64,000 bases of DNA from an uncultured Erysipelotrichaceae bacterium (GTDB taxonomy: Bacteria; Bacillota_I; Bacilli_A; Erysipelotrichales; Erysipelotrichaceae). The translations under genes and the position numbers were made by a program. Shown one piece after another: positions 32,272 through 42,158 of the stretch. Each line of letters starts with the position of its first letter. The first letter of the stretch is position 1. The notes below the pieces were generated by a model. That model did not search any database and was not told the DNA's origin. It saw only the letters and a program-made list of their open reading frames with translations. The stretch is from positions 6,613 through 70,612 of the forward strand of contig CAYJJS010000004.1 in assembly GCA_964370645.1 (NCBI GenBank). The letters are read 5' to 3'.

Positions 32272-32357
32272 ATTTTCTCCTCCTTGTCTATATATATGTA
32301 AAAAAAACCATTGTGGTTAGGCAACTTGCTTATGCTATAATAAATAAGAGGTGACTT

Positions 32358-33131
32358 ATGAATAAAAAATATTTCTTTTTTGACATCGATGGAACTCTAA
32401 CCGATAGATCCACTCACAAAGTAGTTCCTTCTGCACTTATCGCATTACACAAATTACAAGAGGCTGGACATTTTGTATGTATTGCTACTGGACGTGCACA
32501 CTACAAAGCACGCTCCTTTTTAGAGGAAGTAGGACTTCAAAACATGGTATGTTCTGGTGGTGCAGGGCTTGTCATCAACAATACCCTTATCTGCAATGCA
32601 CCACTGGACCTAAGCAAAGCAAAAGCACTCATCGCGCAGGCAGACCAACTCGGATATGGCATTTTACTTGCATTGGATGACTCTATTGATTGTTACAGCA
32701 AAAACGATTTATTTCGTCAACAAGTAGGTGAAAGACAAGAAGATACTCGCTACTACATTGATCCTTCTTTAAACTATGACACACTTACTCACATCTACAA
32801 AATTTACATTAGCATTCCTAAAGAAGAAGAAAATCGCTTAACATTAAAAGATAGTATAGGTAATTTGCGTTTTTGCCCAGACTATTTAATGTTTCAACAC
32901 GATGCTAAAGATGAGGGAATTGTTCATATGATGCAACATCTTGAAGCACCACTTGCTGATGTTATCGTATTTGGAGACGATTATAATGATATTATCATGT
33001 TTAAACCACCATTCTTTCGTATCGCAATGGGAAATGCCTGCGAAGCATTAAAAGAACTTGCTGATTATGTTTGTGATAATAATATCGATGATGGTATTTA
33101 TAAAGCTTGTATACATTTTAAATGGTTTTAA
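32358..33131 (+). CDS. Cof-type HAD-IIB phosphatase
   Basis: FFDIDGTL motif I and GDDYND motif IV. 257 aa. Confidence 0.85.
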   Translation: MNKKYFFFDIDGTLTDRSTHKVVPSALIALHKLQEAGHFVCIATGRAHYKARSFLEEVGLQNMVCSGGAGLVINNTLICNAPLDLSKAKALIAQADQLGYGILLALDDSIDCYSKNDLFRQQVGERQEDTRYYIDPSLNYDTLTHIYKIYISIPKEEENRLTLKDSIGNLRFCPDYLMFQHDAKDEGIVHMMQHLEAPLADVIVFGDDYNDIIMFKPPFFRIAMGNACEALKELADYVCDNNIDDGIYKACIHFKWF

Positions 33132-33163
33132 AAAGATATTTCAAACATGAAATATCTTTTTTC

Positions 33164-33760
33164 TTAGAAATATTGTTTTACATACACTACTTTTCCCAAT
33201 ATGGTTATTGGTAATGTTTCTACTTCTTCTTTTGTAAAATAACGTGTTTCTACCTGTGGATTGGAAGCTTGTAAAATAAGCATGTCTGCTTTATACAACA
33301 CACGTTTCATAGTCACTTCCTCACCAACGCAAACAATCGCAATATCCTTATTATTCACATAATTACATCGTTTAATATAAGCAAGACTTCCCGATACAAT
33401 CCCATCTCCAAGCATAGAATCCCCCTCTACTTGTAAAAAATAATCCCCACTCTTACGTTCTTGTATAGTCACTTCTTCATAACCTAAGTGCGTCGATTGT
33501 GCATACATATCGTACCCCGCTTTTACACTTCCTAGAATAGGTTTTTTAAACTGTACAATATTTCCTTGCAACAAAGGTTTTACATCATAACCAACCATAT
33601 CACTAATGCGATCCAATAATTCTGGTTTTACGCGTTTAGAGGCACCACTTAACCACTTACTCACACTTGATTTACTAACACCTGTTAAAAGCGCAATCTC
33701 TGTATTGCTTTTTTGCGCTGTTTGCTTATATTCCTGCAGTATTTCTTTTAATTCCATCAC
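33164..33760 (-). CDS. XRE-HTH plus S24 peptidase repressor (HdiR/LexA-like, self-cleaving type)
   Basis: HTH (NTEIALLTGVSKSSVSKWLSG), an Ala-Gly cleavage site (VKAGYD), Ser in GDSM and Lys in MKR. Divergent from a Y-family polymerase gene. Confidence 0.8.
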   Translation of the reverse strand: MMELKEILQEYKQTAQKSNTEIALLTGVSKSSVSKWLSGASKRVKPELLDRISDMVGYDVKPLLQGNIVQFKKPILGSVKAGYDMYAQSTHLGYEEVTIQERKSGDYFLQVEGDSMLGDGIVSGSLAYIKRCNYVNNKDIAIVCVGEEVTMKRVLYKADMLILQASNPQVETRYFTKEEVETLPITILGKVVYVKQYF

Positions 33761-33844
33761 ACACCTCTTTTTCCTATTATAGCATTATCTATGTAACATT
33801 CAAATATTTTACAACCTTTAACAGTGAATAGTTTCTCAAAATCA

Positions 33845-33873
33845 TTGATACAAGAAACTATGTTTTGTATAAT
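33845..33873 (+). promoter_or_regulatory. Promoter of the polymerase operon (TTGATA-17-TATAAT) with the dyad AAAC-TAT-GTTT in the spacer
   Basis: Exact -35/-10 spacing of 17 nt. The spacer holds AGAAACTATGTTTTG, loosely similar to the Firmicute GAAC-N4-GTTC SOS box. Confidence 0.45.
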
Positions 33874-33893
33874 CAATACACAGGAGGTATATT

Positions 33894-35141
33894 ATGAAAG
33901 AAAAAATTATAGTGCATGCAGATTTAAATCATTGTTATGCACAAATTGAAGAGATGAAATGCCCTTCCCTTCGAAATGTGGCGATGGCTGTTGGGGGCAA
34001 TGAAAAAGCTAGACATGGAATTATTTTAGCGAAAAATGATATTGCGAAAAGCTATCATATAAAAACCGGAGAAAGTTTACGTGAAGCGTATCGTAAATGT
34101 CCACATTTACTTGTCGTACCTCCAAACTATGAAGAGTACATGTATTATACACAACAAGTTAAAAATATATATCAAGAATATACATCTCAGGTTGAAAGTT
34201 TTGGACTGGATGAAGCTTGGTTTGACTTAACCTATTCTACCTCATTATTTGGCGATGGTATTGCCTTAGCCAAAACTATTCAACTACGCATCCTTAACGA
34301 ATTGGGATTGCGTGTATCTATGGGTATTTCCGACAATAAAATTTTCGCAAAAATGGGTAGTGATTTAGATAAAAACATGGGCTTTACTATCATCAATAAA
34401 AAAAACTACAAACAACGCATTTGGTCATTACCCATCGAAGATTTGTTTTATGTAGGTAGCGCAACTGCAAAAAAACTACATCAATTACACATCTTTAAAA
34501 TTGAAGATTTGGCCACTGCTCCAATTGAAATTTTGCAGAAAAAATTAGGTAAAATAGGCGAAGTATTATACCAATTCGCCCATGGTAAAGACATAAACAA
34601 TGTATTACCCTCACTTTATAAACAAATACCAAAATCAATTGGAAATAGTGTCACTACACCAAAGGATATGACTACCTACGAAGAAGCAAAAATTGTTTTA
34701 CAAGTACTTTGCGAAAGCGTTGCTTCTCGTTTAAAAGAACACAAGCTACAAGGGAGAAGTATCCAACTCCATATCCGTAATACAAATCTTTCCTCATCCA
34801 CTAAGCAGTGTACTCTGCAACACCCAACCGATATAAGTAAAGAACTCTTACAAGCTAGCTTACAACTTTTAAGTAAACACCACAATTTTGATATTGCACT
34901 ACGCAGTATTGGTGTTTGTGTTTCTTCTTTATGTACCCCAAACACACATGTACAGCTGGACTTATTTCATGTTGCATATACACAAGACAAGGCAAGAACA
35001 CTGGATTGTGTTATGGATGAAATACGTAATAAATATGGATTTCATAGCATAAAGAAATTAAACGTATTACAAGATACTACACTTAGTTCATTCAATCCAA
35101 AAGGTGATCATGTCATCTTTCCTCAAGGATACTTTCGCTAA
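33894..35141 (+). CDS. Y-family (UmuC/DinB-like) translesion DNA polymerase
   Basis: The N-terminal segment IIVHADLNHCYAQIE resembles the conserved Y-family (IMS) catalytic-site opening. 415 aa. GGAGG RBS. Confidence 0.85.
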   Translation: MKEKIIVHADLNHCYAQIEEMKCPSLRNVAMAVGGNEKARHGIILAKNDIAKSYHIKTGESLREAYRKCPHLLVVPPNYEEYMYYTQQVKNIYQEYTSQVESFGLDEAWFDLTYSTSLFGDGIALAKTIQLRILNELGLRVSMGISDNKIFAKMGSDLDKNMGFTIINKKNYKQRIWSLPIEDLFYVGSATAKKLHQLHIFKIEDLATAPIEILQKKLGKIGEVLYQFAHGKDINNVLPSLYKQIPKSIGNSVTTPKDMTTYEEAKIVLQVLCESVASRLKEHKLQGRSIQLHIRNTNLSSSTKQCTLQHPTDISKELLQASLQLLSKHHNFDIALRSIGVCVSSLCTPNTHVQLDLFHVAYTQDKARTLDCVMDEIRNKYGFHSIKKLNVLQDTTLSSFNPKGDHVIFPQGYFR

Positions 35142-35392
35142 TGCAACGCTATAAACGTTATGTAGATGTCATAGTACATATATCAAAGGACGGAAAACAA
35201 CTTCCTTTGTACATATATTGGGATGAACGTGGTGTACAACAAAAATTTAAAATCGACAAAATCTTAGAAATACGCCACAGTGCAAGTTGTGTTGGTGGAT
35301 GTGGTATTTTATATCGCTGTCGTATTTTAGGACAAGAAAGAAACTTATTTTATGAAAGAAATCGCTATTTCATTGAAAGTGAAAGACCCTAA
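35141..35392 (+). CDS. Hypothetical 83-aa protein translationally coupled to the polymerase gene
   Basis: TAATG stop/start overlap. Cys-rich patch (SASCVGGCGILYRC). No family recognised. Confidence 0.5.
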   Translation: MQRYKRYVDVIVHISKDGKQLPLYIYWDERGVQQKFKIDKILEIRHSASCVGGCGILYRCRILGQERNLFYERNRYFIESERP

Positions 35393-35412
35393 TATGCTTT
35401 AGGGCCTTTTTG
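35385..35412 (+). terminator. Terminator of the polymerase operon
   Basis: Hairpin CCCTAA-N6-TTAGGG followed by a T-run. Confidence 0.6.
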
Positions 35413-35419
35413 TTTAAGT

Positions 35420-35944
35420 TTATGAAAATATGTTCATTGCCATCCATTTCACTAGTCTTTTTGCTTTAATAATATCGTAGTTTTCATCTGTTGATAGTAT
35501 GTCTACAAATGGTTTTTTATATCCTGCAGATAATCCTGTCTGTATAAACCCATTTCGTTTATAAAAAGCAAGTCGCTTTACTCTTTGTGTGTAATTGTCG
35601 GCCTTTTTATCTTGCATTGTCTCAATGAAGAGTGTAATTGGTGTATTTGAATATTTATTAAATAAAGTTTGTAAAAGCATGGAACCATACCCTTTTGAAT
35701 GCAACGCATCATTCACTGCAATGTAAAATACAAATACACTTTCTGCAGACTGAATTGTAAATAATATCCCCACAAATACCCCTTTGTCATAATAAACTTG
35801 AAAATCATAATTTTTTTTAAGGATTAAGATTCTTATCAACCACATTGGCATCCGTTCTTCTTTTGGGAAAACTCGCTTCATAAACTGACAAATTTCACCA
35901 TAATTTACTAATTTTTTTGATAATCTCTTTTCTTCTAAACACAT
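35420..35944 (-). CDS. GNAT-family N-acetyltransferase
   Basis: 174 aa. The motif AVNDALHSKGYGSMLL is an acetyl-CoA binding motif A. Confidence 0.75.
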   Translation of the reverse strand: MCLEEKRLSKKLVNYGEICQFMKRVFPKEERMPMWLIRILILKKNYDFQVYYDKGVFVGILFTIQSAESVFVFYIAVNDALHSKGYGSMLLQTLFNKYSNTPITLFIETMQDKKADNYTQRVKRLAFYKRNGFIQTGLSAGYKKPFVDILSTDENYDIIKAKRLVKWMAMNIFS

Positions 35945-35958
35945 ATTTAGCTCCTTTA

Positions 35959-37299
35959 CTAATATTTATAAAAACACTTATTTTTCTTATAAAAATAAAA
36001 AGATACAATAAGTGCTAAAAACTCTGCTATAGGGACAGCTAGCCATACTCCGTTCAAACCAAAAAGATTTGGTAAAAAAAGAAGTGCAATAATAATAAAC
36101 ACTAAACTTCTTAAAACAGATATAATAGCTGATACTTTTCCATTTGAAAACGATGTAAACATTGCAGAAAAGAAAATGTTGAACCCCATAAATAAATAAG
36201 CTGGAAGAAAGTATAATAATCCATTTCTTGCCATTTCAAAGGTTGCACTCTCTTTTTCAATAAAAATAGCTACTGCTTGATTTGAAAAAACAAGTGTTAT
36301 TAAAATAACAGAAATAGAAGCTACTAAAATAATTTGTAAACTACGTCGAATAACCTCACGCAATTCAAAGTAGTTCTCCTCTCCATATTTAAATGCGATA
36401 ATTGGTGATACACCTAAAGTATATCCAATATAAATTGCATTTTGAAACATTTGTATATATAAAATAACACTAATAGACGCCACTCCTATATCGCCTACCA
36501 TACGCATTAGTATAAGGTTAAATAGCATTGTGGTAATCGATGTTGCAAGTGATCCAACAAGTTCTGATGAACCATTAAATACACTTTGCATAAGTGTTCT
36601 AAAATCCACTTTAGGTTTTACAAAATGTAATATACATTTTCTGTTACACAAAAAATAAATAAAACCTAATAATCCTGGAAGTGCATTTCCAATCCCTGTT
36701 GCAAGCCCTGCACCAACGATTCCCATATTCATTAAATCAGGGGAAATAAAAATATAATCAAGTACAATATTTGTAATTCCACCCGCAAGACTAAGTACAA
36801 GCCCGAATGTAGGATGTCCTGCTGTAATCATAAATGATTGAATAAATACCATAAAAAAAACAGGTAACAAAAATGGTGCAAGACTAAGCATGTAATCTCT
36901 CGCTAATGTATATAAATTATCACTCACGTTCAGCATATTTAGTAAATCATCTGGGAAAATGAATACAACCATTGTAAGTACTGTTCCTAATACTCCACCG
37001 ATAATGTAAATGAGCGTTAAAAACTCCCTTGCCTGCTTTGCTTTCCCTTGCCCCAACAATTTCGCAATGACCGCATTTCCACCTGTTGCAAACATAAGCC
37101 CAACAGCTAATACAACACCTAGCAAAGGCATTACCAAATTCACTGCAGCCAATGCGTTTTCACCTACATACGTGGAAACAAAAACTCCATCTATGATAGA
37201 ATACGTTGACATAAAAACCATCATGATGATGCTCGGTAAAGTATATTTCAATAATTCTTTCATGCTAAATTTCTTCGCTAATGGACTACTTGTCATCAT
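35959..37299 (-). CDS. MATE-family efflux transporter
   Basis: 446 aa with 12 TM segments and MATE duplicated-lobe topology. Confidence 0.8.
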   Translation of the reverse strand: MMTSSPLAKKFSMKELLKYTLPSIIMMVFMSTYSIIDGVFVSTYVGENALAAVNLVMPLLGVVLAVGLMFATGGNAVIAKLLGQGKAKQAREFLTLIYIIGGVLGTVLTMVVFIFPDDLLNMLNVSDNLYTLARDYMLSLAPFLLPVFFMVFIQSFMITAGHPTFGLVLSLAGGITNIVLDYIFISPDLMNMGIVGAGLATGIGNALPGLLGFIYFLCNRKCILHFVKPKVDFRTLMQSVFNGSSELVGSLATSITTMLFNLILMRMVGDIGVASISVILYIQMFQNAIYIGYTLGVSPIIAFKYGEENYFELREVIRRSLQIILVASISVILITLVFSNQAVAIFIEKESATFEMARNGLLYFLPAYLFMGFNIFFSAMFTSFSNGKVSAIISVLRSLVFIIIALLFLPNLFGLNGVWLAVPIAEFLALIVSFYFYKKNKCFYKY

Positions 37300-37732
37300 C
37301 TACCTCACATAACATATCAGACAATTTAACAATCATTTCACATAGCATATCTACTTTTTCACTCCCATATTCTTCTAGAAATTTTCTTTCAACTTCATCC
37401 TCATAACTTGCAGATGTCTCATAATCTTTGGGACTATCTGGGTGAATTGAAAGAAAAAACACTCTTTTATCATGCTCACTTTGCGTACGTAAAATATACC
37501 CTTTCTTACAAAGTTGGTTTATTTTCTCAGTGACTGATGGTCGTGTTATTTTCAATAAATCCGCAATTTGTGAAGATGTATATTTATTAGGGTGTGCCTC
37601 AATAATGTTTAAATACAGTGTATCGTGATAAGAAAGATCACTTTTTTTATCATAAGAATACAATCTTTTTAACTCATACAATGCTGAATCATGTAATATT
37701 TTTTTTAATGCCTTTGTTAATTTTCCACTCAT
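37286..37732 (-). CDS. MarR-family transcriptional regulator
   Basis: 148 aa winged HTH (SSQIADLLKITRPSVTEKINQLCKKGYI, DKR wing). 14-nt overlap with the MATE gene. Confidence 0.8.
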   Translation of the reverse strand: MSGKLTKALKKILHDSALYELKRLYSYDKKSDLSYHDTLYLNIIEAHPNKYTSSQIADLLKITRPSVTEKINQLCKKGYILRTQSEHDKRVFFLSIHPDSPKDYETSASYEDEVERKFLEEYGSEKVDMLCEMIVKLSDMLCEVDDDK

Positions 37733-37756
37733 TTATTTCTCCTATCCTCCAACTAG

Positions 37757-37798
37757 TTACTTTAAACTAATTACTTTATACTAACTACTTTAAACTAA
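37757..37798. repeat. Three tandem 14-bp repeats (TTACTTTAAACTAA / TTACTTTATACTAA / CTACTTTAAACTAA) in the marR-MATE promoter
   Basis: Read directly from the sequence. They lie 25-66 nt upstream of the marR ATG and overlap a TTGACA-17-TAAAGT promoter on the minus strand. Confidence 0.8.
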
Positions 37799-37886
37799 CT
37801 TTATTGTTGTGTCAATATTTTTTAAGTAATTTTGTACATATAAACAAAAAAGTTATGTAGATTTTACATAACTTATATATACATTC

Positions 37887-38447
37887 CTATTTAGTGCGGC
37901 CACTTTCTAATTGTTTAATTTCTTCTTCTTTTTCCATCGCTTTTAGTAACCAGAAAAATAGAAGCATTAAAAATAAACTTCCTACAGCCCAAAATGGCAG
38001 TGTAATTGTGAAATATTGAATCGCGAATACAAACACCAAAGGGCATAAAAAAACGAATAAGACATAGACCAAACGATACCTCTTTAATGTACGAATACGT
38101 GCTTGTTGCTCAACATTTGGTTTGCGTTCATTTATTTCCACTTGTGACAAGCCATCCCAACCGTTGTCTATAAGTGTTAATGCTTTACGATATGCAGATG
38201 GTCTCACAAGCAAAAAGATAATGCACAGCACGGCTATGAGTGACACAGTAAACGCAATCGCTACACTATAAGCAGGTATAAAAAAGAATGATAGAAATGC
38301 AATTGCAGTAGCAAGTAATACTATGAACACACTGTATTTACTGATACGTCGTAAACTTTGAATTGCATCTACTTTATCTTGTTCACGCATCTTTGATTGT
38401 TGAATTTTTTCAACATTTACTTTCACAAGAATTATGTAATGATTCAC
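37887..38447 (-). CDS. Hypothetical membrane protein (4 TM segments)
   Basis: 186-aa ORF with paired hydrophobic hairpins. No family recognised. Confidence 0.45.
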   Translation of the reverse strand: MNHYIILVKVNVEKIQQSKMREQDKVDAIQSLRRISKYSVFIVLLATAIAFLSFFFIPAYSVAIAFTVSLIAVLCIIFLLVRPSAYRKALTLIDNGWDGLSQVEINERKPNVEQQARIRTLKRYRLVYVLFVFLCPLVFVFAIQYFTITLPFWAVGSLFLMLLFFWLLKAMEKEEEIKQLESGRTK

Positions 38448-38449
38448 GC

Positions 38450-39955
38450 CTATGCAAACCTACTTAATTCCAAACATTTAAAATCCACTAGAAATGCATG
38501 CATTTGTTTTATAATTTGCACGCATCCACCCTCACTATTTGATTCCACATTAAATGCCAAAATTGGATCATGTAATGATTTTCGTAGTAAGCACCAACCA
38601 TTACCATGTGCTTCATCAAAATTGATACGAACACCTTCATGATTAATTGCTTCCATTTCACAACCTTCTTTTTGCATCGCAAATGCTTGTAACTCTTTTA
38701 AAACAGTATCTCCATAAGTAGAAAAATCTTCACAAGTAATCGCAACACGCAATTCCTTTTCTTCAAGAGGATGTTTCAATTCTTGTATCAACATATCAAT
38801 CGTCTGATTCTCTAACTTCATCTTAGCTGCTTTAATCACTATCTTTGTTGCTAGATATGCACCATCATCCAAGAAACGATTTTCTTTCAATGCTGCATGC
38901 CCACTCGTTTCAATCGCTAGCTGACTATCTACTCCAGTCGCATTTAAGCGTTGCGATTCATTGATTACATTCTTATAACCACGTTTAAATCGATGATGTG
39001 TAAGTTGTAAATGTTCTTCTAAGAACATTTTTAGCTCGCTGGAAGTAACGCTATCTGTCACAATGGTTGTATTAGGATAGTCTTCTTTCACAATCGCTGC
39101 TGCCAAAGCAATAATAGCATTACGGCTAATTTCATTTCCATTTGCATCTACCGCACTACTACGGTCTACATCTGTATCGAAAATGATTCCAAGATCTGCA
39201 CCGTGTTGTTTTACAGCACCACAAATCGATTGCATTGCTACTTTGTCTTCAGGATTTGGAATATGGTTTGGAAACATTCCATCCGGATTTAAAAACTGTG
39301 ATCCACTCGTGTTTGCACCAAGTACATCCAATACTTGACGCACATAAAATCCTCCTGCACCATTTCCTGCATCTACAACAATGTGCATACCTGTAAGCGG
39401 CTTTTCATAGTGGGTTGGATGATTCACTTTTTCACGAATCAAATTCACTAAATAAGCACTGTAATACGAAATCAAATCTTTCGCTTCAATACTTCCTCCT
39501 GCTTTTTGACAACTTCCTTGCAATGCATATTCAATCACATCACGAATATCTTCTTTATTCAAACCACCATCTATATCAAAAAACTTCATCCCATTACGAT
39601 TGAATGGTAAGTGTGAAGCGGTAATCATAATCGCTCCATCACTTTGAAACGCATCAAATATGGTTGACATAAACATTGATGGAGTAGAAGATAACCCACA
39701 ATCATACACACGGCACCCACAATCTTTAATGGCCTCACAGACACTTGTTTTTAATTGTGGAGCACTGATTCTAGAGTCATGACCTACACTAATACATAAG
39801 TTTTCCTTGTTTGTTTTATGTTGTAAGAACTTTATAAACCCTTGTGCTAGTGCGTACACTTCTTCACTTGTTAATGTAACGGGTTCATTGGGCACACCTT
39901 CTATTGCAACACCACGAACATCGCTTCCATTTTGTAATTTTTTTAAATCTTGCAT
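38450..39955 (-). CDS. Phosphomannomutase/phosphoglucomutase-family phosphohexomutase
   Basis: Active-site loop TASHLPFNRNG and a metal loop DTDVDR. The start is set to the ATG at 39955, which is preceded by GAAAGAAGAGG. Confidence 0.85.
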   Translation of the reverse strand: MQDLKKLQNGSDVRGVAIEGVPNEPVTLTSEEVYALAQGFIKFLQHKTNKENLCISVGHDSRISAPQLKTSVCEAIKDCGCRVYDCGLSSTPSMFMSTIFDAFQSDGAIMITASHLPFNRNGMKFFDIDGGLNKEDIRDVIEYALQGSCQKAGGSIEAKDLISYYSAYLVNLIREKVNHPTHYEKPLTGMHIVVDAGNGAGGFYVRQVLDVLGANTSGSQFLNPDGMFPNHIPNPEDKVAMQSICGAVKQHGADLGIIFDTDVDRSSAVDANGNEISRNAIIALAAAIVKEDYPNTTIVTDSVTSSELKMFLEEHLQLTHHRFKRGYKNVINESQRLNATGVDSQLAIETSGHAALKENRFLDDGAYLATKIVIKAAKMKLENQTIDMLIQELKHPLEEKELRVAITCEDFSTYGDTVLKELQAFAMQKEGCEMEAINHEGVRINFDEAHGNGWCLLRKSLHDPILAFNVESNSEGGCVQIIKQMHAFLVDFKCLELSRFA

Positions 39956-40009
39956 AACGACCTCTTCTTTCCAAAACATTCTATCATAAATTATAAAAAC
40001 GAAAAAGGT

Positions 40010-40726
40010 TTAAACAAGCAAATACACAAGTAGGATTGTATTTGGCACTAATACAAATAAAATATCCCAGAACGTGATACGAAACACTTTATAATGACTT
40101 CGATTTGCTTGGATATCAAACCCCTTTGATACCATAGCAATACTTAGACATTGTGCCCATTTAATAACATTCACCAACATTGCAAATAAAACTTTATAAA
40201 AATAACGAAACCCTTGTATTCCCCTTGCATGTAAAGCAAATCTCACATGCTGAAACTCTTCCTTTATATTTGGTAGCAAATGAAATGCGGCAAGCGAACC
40301 GTATGCGAATTTTGATTGTAGGCGCGCTTGTTGTTGGAGACTATAAATAAAGTCTAAAGTGTTGGTTGAAGATGCAAATAGTAAGCCAACCCCCATATAT
40401 GCATAAATTCGAGTAGCCATTTGTAATCCATTGTAAGAAGATGTTAAGTGTACCTCACTCAATAATGAAACTGTATAAATTTGTTCTTCACCACTAGTGA
40501 AAAAAACACCTGTCATATATAAAGAAATGGCACTTATACTAGCAATGCAAAAAAATAGTAATAATCTTTTATAAGAAATAGTAGTAAACAACAAAAGACA
40601 AGTAATTGCGACAATAAACACAACAACATTCACAAGTGGATCATAATTGAAAGACAACAAAATAGAAAACAACATCAAAGAGATACACTTATAAAATGGA
40701 TTACATTTTGATAGTAACTGTTTCAT
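40010..40726 (-). CDS. ykoC: ECF transporter transmembrane (T) component, YkoC-like
   Basis: 238 aa CbiQ/EcfT-type membrane protein. Last gene of a ykoFEDC-type operon. Confidence 0.7.
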   Translation of the reverse strand: MKQLLSKCNPFYKCISLMLFSILLSFNYDPLVNVVVFIVAITCLLLFTTISYKRLLLFFCIASISAISLYMTGVFFTSGEEQIYTVSLLSEVHLTSSYNGLQMATRIYAYMGVGLLFASSTNTLDFIYSLQQQARLQSKFAYGSLAAFHLLPNIKEEFQHVRFALHARGIQGFRYFYKVLFAMLVNVIKWAQCLSIAMVSKGFDIQANRSHYKVFRITFWDILFVLVPNTILLVYLLV

Positions 40727-42158
40727 CTACCCTTACCTCAACAAACTGTTTATCTTGTATTGCATAGACATGATCTGCATACGCTAAGGCAACATCCATA
40801 TCATGTGTTGTCATAATGACACTCACTCCATCTTCTTGTACACGTTTTATTACTTGTTGCATAATCACATGACAAGATACATCATCTTGTCCATACGTAG
40901 GTTCATCCAACAATAATACTTCTTGTTTAGCACACAACACACACAATGCTGCAAGTCTTCTTTGTTGCCCTTGACTTAACATATATGGAGAGTAATTTAA
41001 GTATGGATACAATGAAAATTGTTTTAAAAGTGTGTGTATTTTGTTTTCATATTCCTTTTCTGACATTTTTTCATAATATGCGACACTCATCTTTACCTCT
41101 TCATAAACATTGTGTTGAACAAATTGATTTGCTGGATTTTGTAATACTACACCCAATTTTTGGCATAACTTTTTATAATGTTTCTTATGTAATGCGTAGC
41201 CACATACATTTGTGCTTCCACCAACCTTCTCTTTCGCAAACAAACTACGCAAGAAGGTTGTTTTTCCACATCCCGAAGCACCAACGATTGCTATCACCTC
41301 TTTTTTTCGCAGTTGCAGATTACTATCTTTCAAGAAATATATTCCCTGTTTTTGTAAAGTAAAATTTTGTAGAGAAACCACAACTTCCTCATTATATAAA
41401 GAAGGACGTGATTCTCTTTTTATAAGAGGATCAATAATCCCGTGTTGCTTAAAATAAGCATGGTGCAAATGTATATTCTCTTTTGTAATCCCTGTCTTCT
41501 CAATCACACTTGCACCTTTCATAAGATGTATTTCATCACACACTGCAATCCAACGAGCTAATATATGATCAATTACAAGGATAGTAAGTTCGTATTCTTT
41601 TTGTATTTGTACTATCATTTGCACTAGCTTTTCTGCACAATTTGGATCTAAATTTGCAAAGGGTTCATCTAAGACTAATACTTTTGTTTGTAGTAAAAGC
41701 ATACATGCAAGTGCACAACGTTGCTTTTCCCCACCGGATAAAGTATGTAGTTTGCGATGTAGTAATTCTTGTAAAGACAACTTTTCTACAACCTGTTGAA
41801 CTTTATCAAGTATTTCCACTTGTGGAATTGCTTGATTTTCTAAACAAAAAATCAATTCTTCAAATAATGTGCTCATACAAAATTGAGCATCTGCATTTTG
41901 AAACATCATACTAATATAAGAAACACGTTGTGAAGTAGACATATTAAATATGTTTTGATTCTCTACATATACCTCTCCTTGAATACATGCTGCTTCTTCA
42001 ATTAGACCAGACATAACACTCGCTAAAGTACTTTTACCACACCCACTCCTACCTAATAGCACATGTATTTTATGCGGTGTGAATGTGTATGTTAAAGCAT
42101 CTAATATACTCATACTAGAAGCTTCATAATATTTAAAGTGTAAATTATGAATAATCAT
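40701..42158 (-). CDS. ykoD: ECF transporter fused double ATPase, YkoD-like
   Basis: 485 aa with two ABC cassettes (GRSGCGKST/LSGGE and GASGCGKTT/LSQGQ). Confidence 0.8.
   Translation of the reverse strand: MIIHNLHFKYYEASSMSILDALTYTFTPHKIHVLLGRSGCGKSTLASVMSGLIEEAACIQGEVYVENQNIFNMSTSQRVSYISMMFQNADAQFCMSTLFEELIFCLENQAIPQVEILDKVQQVVEKLSLQELLHRKLHTLSGGEKQRCALACMLLLQTKVLVLDEPFANLDPNCAEKLVQMIVQIQKEYELTILVIDHILARWIAVCDEIHLMKGASVIEKTGITKENIHLHHAYFKQHGIIDPLIKRESRPSLYNEEVVVSLQNFTLQKQGIYFLKDSNLQLRKKEVIAIVGASGCGKTTFLRSLFAKEKVGGSTNVCGYALHKKHYKKLCQKLGVVLQNPANQFVQHNVYEEVKMSVAYYEKMSEKEYENKIHTLLKQFSLYPYLNYSPYMLSQGQQRRLAALCVLCAKQEVLLLDEPTYGQDDVSCHVIMQQVIKRVQEDGVSVIMTTHDMDVALAYADHVYAIQDKQFVEVRVDETVTIKM

Noticed and set aside
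33851-33867. Calling AGAAACTATGTTTTG a bona fide LexA (Cheo) box
   Set aside because: It has GAAA-N4-GTTT in place of the GAAC-N4-GTTC half-sites, i.e. one mismatch in each arm. The adjacent repressor has an XRE-type rather than a LexA-type DNA-binding domain, so its operator need not resemble the Cheo box.
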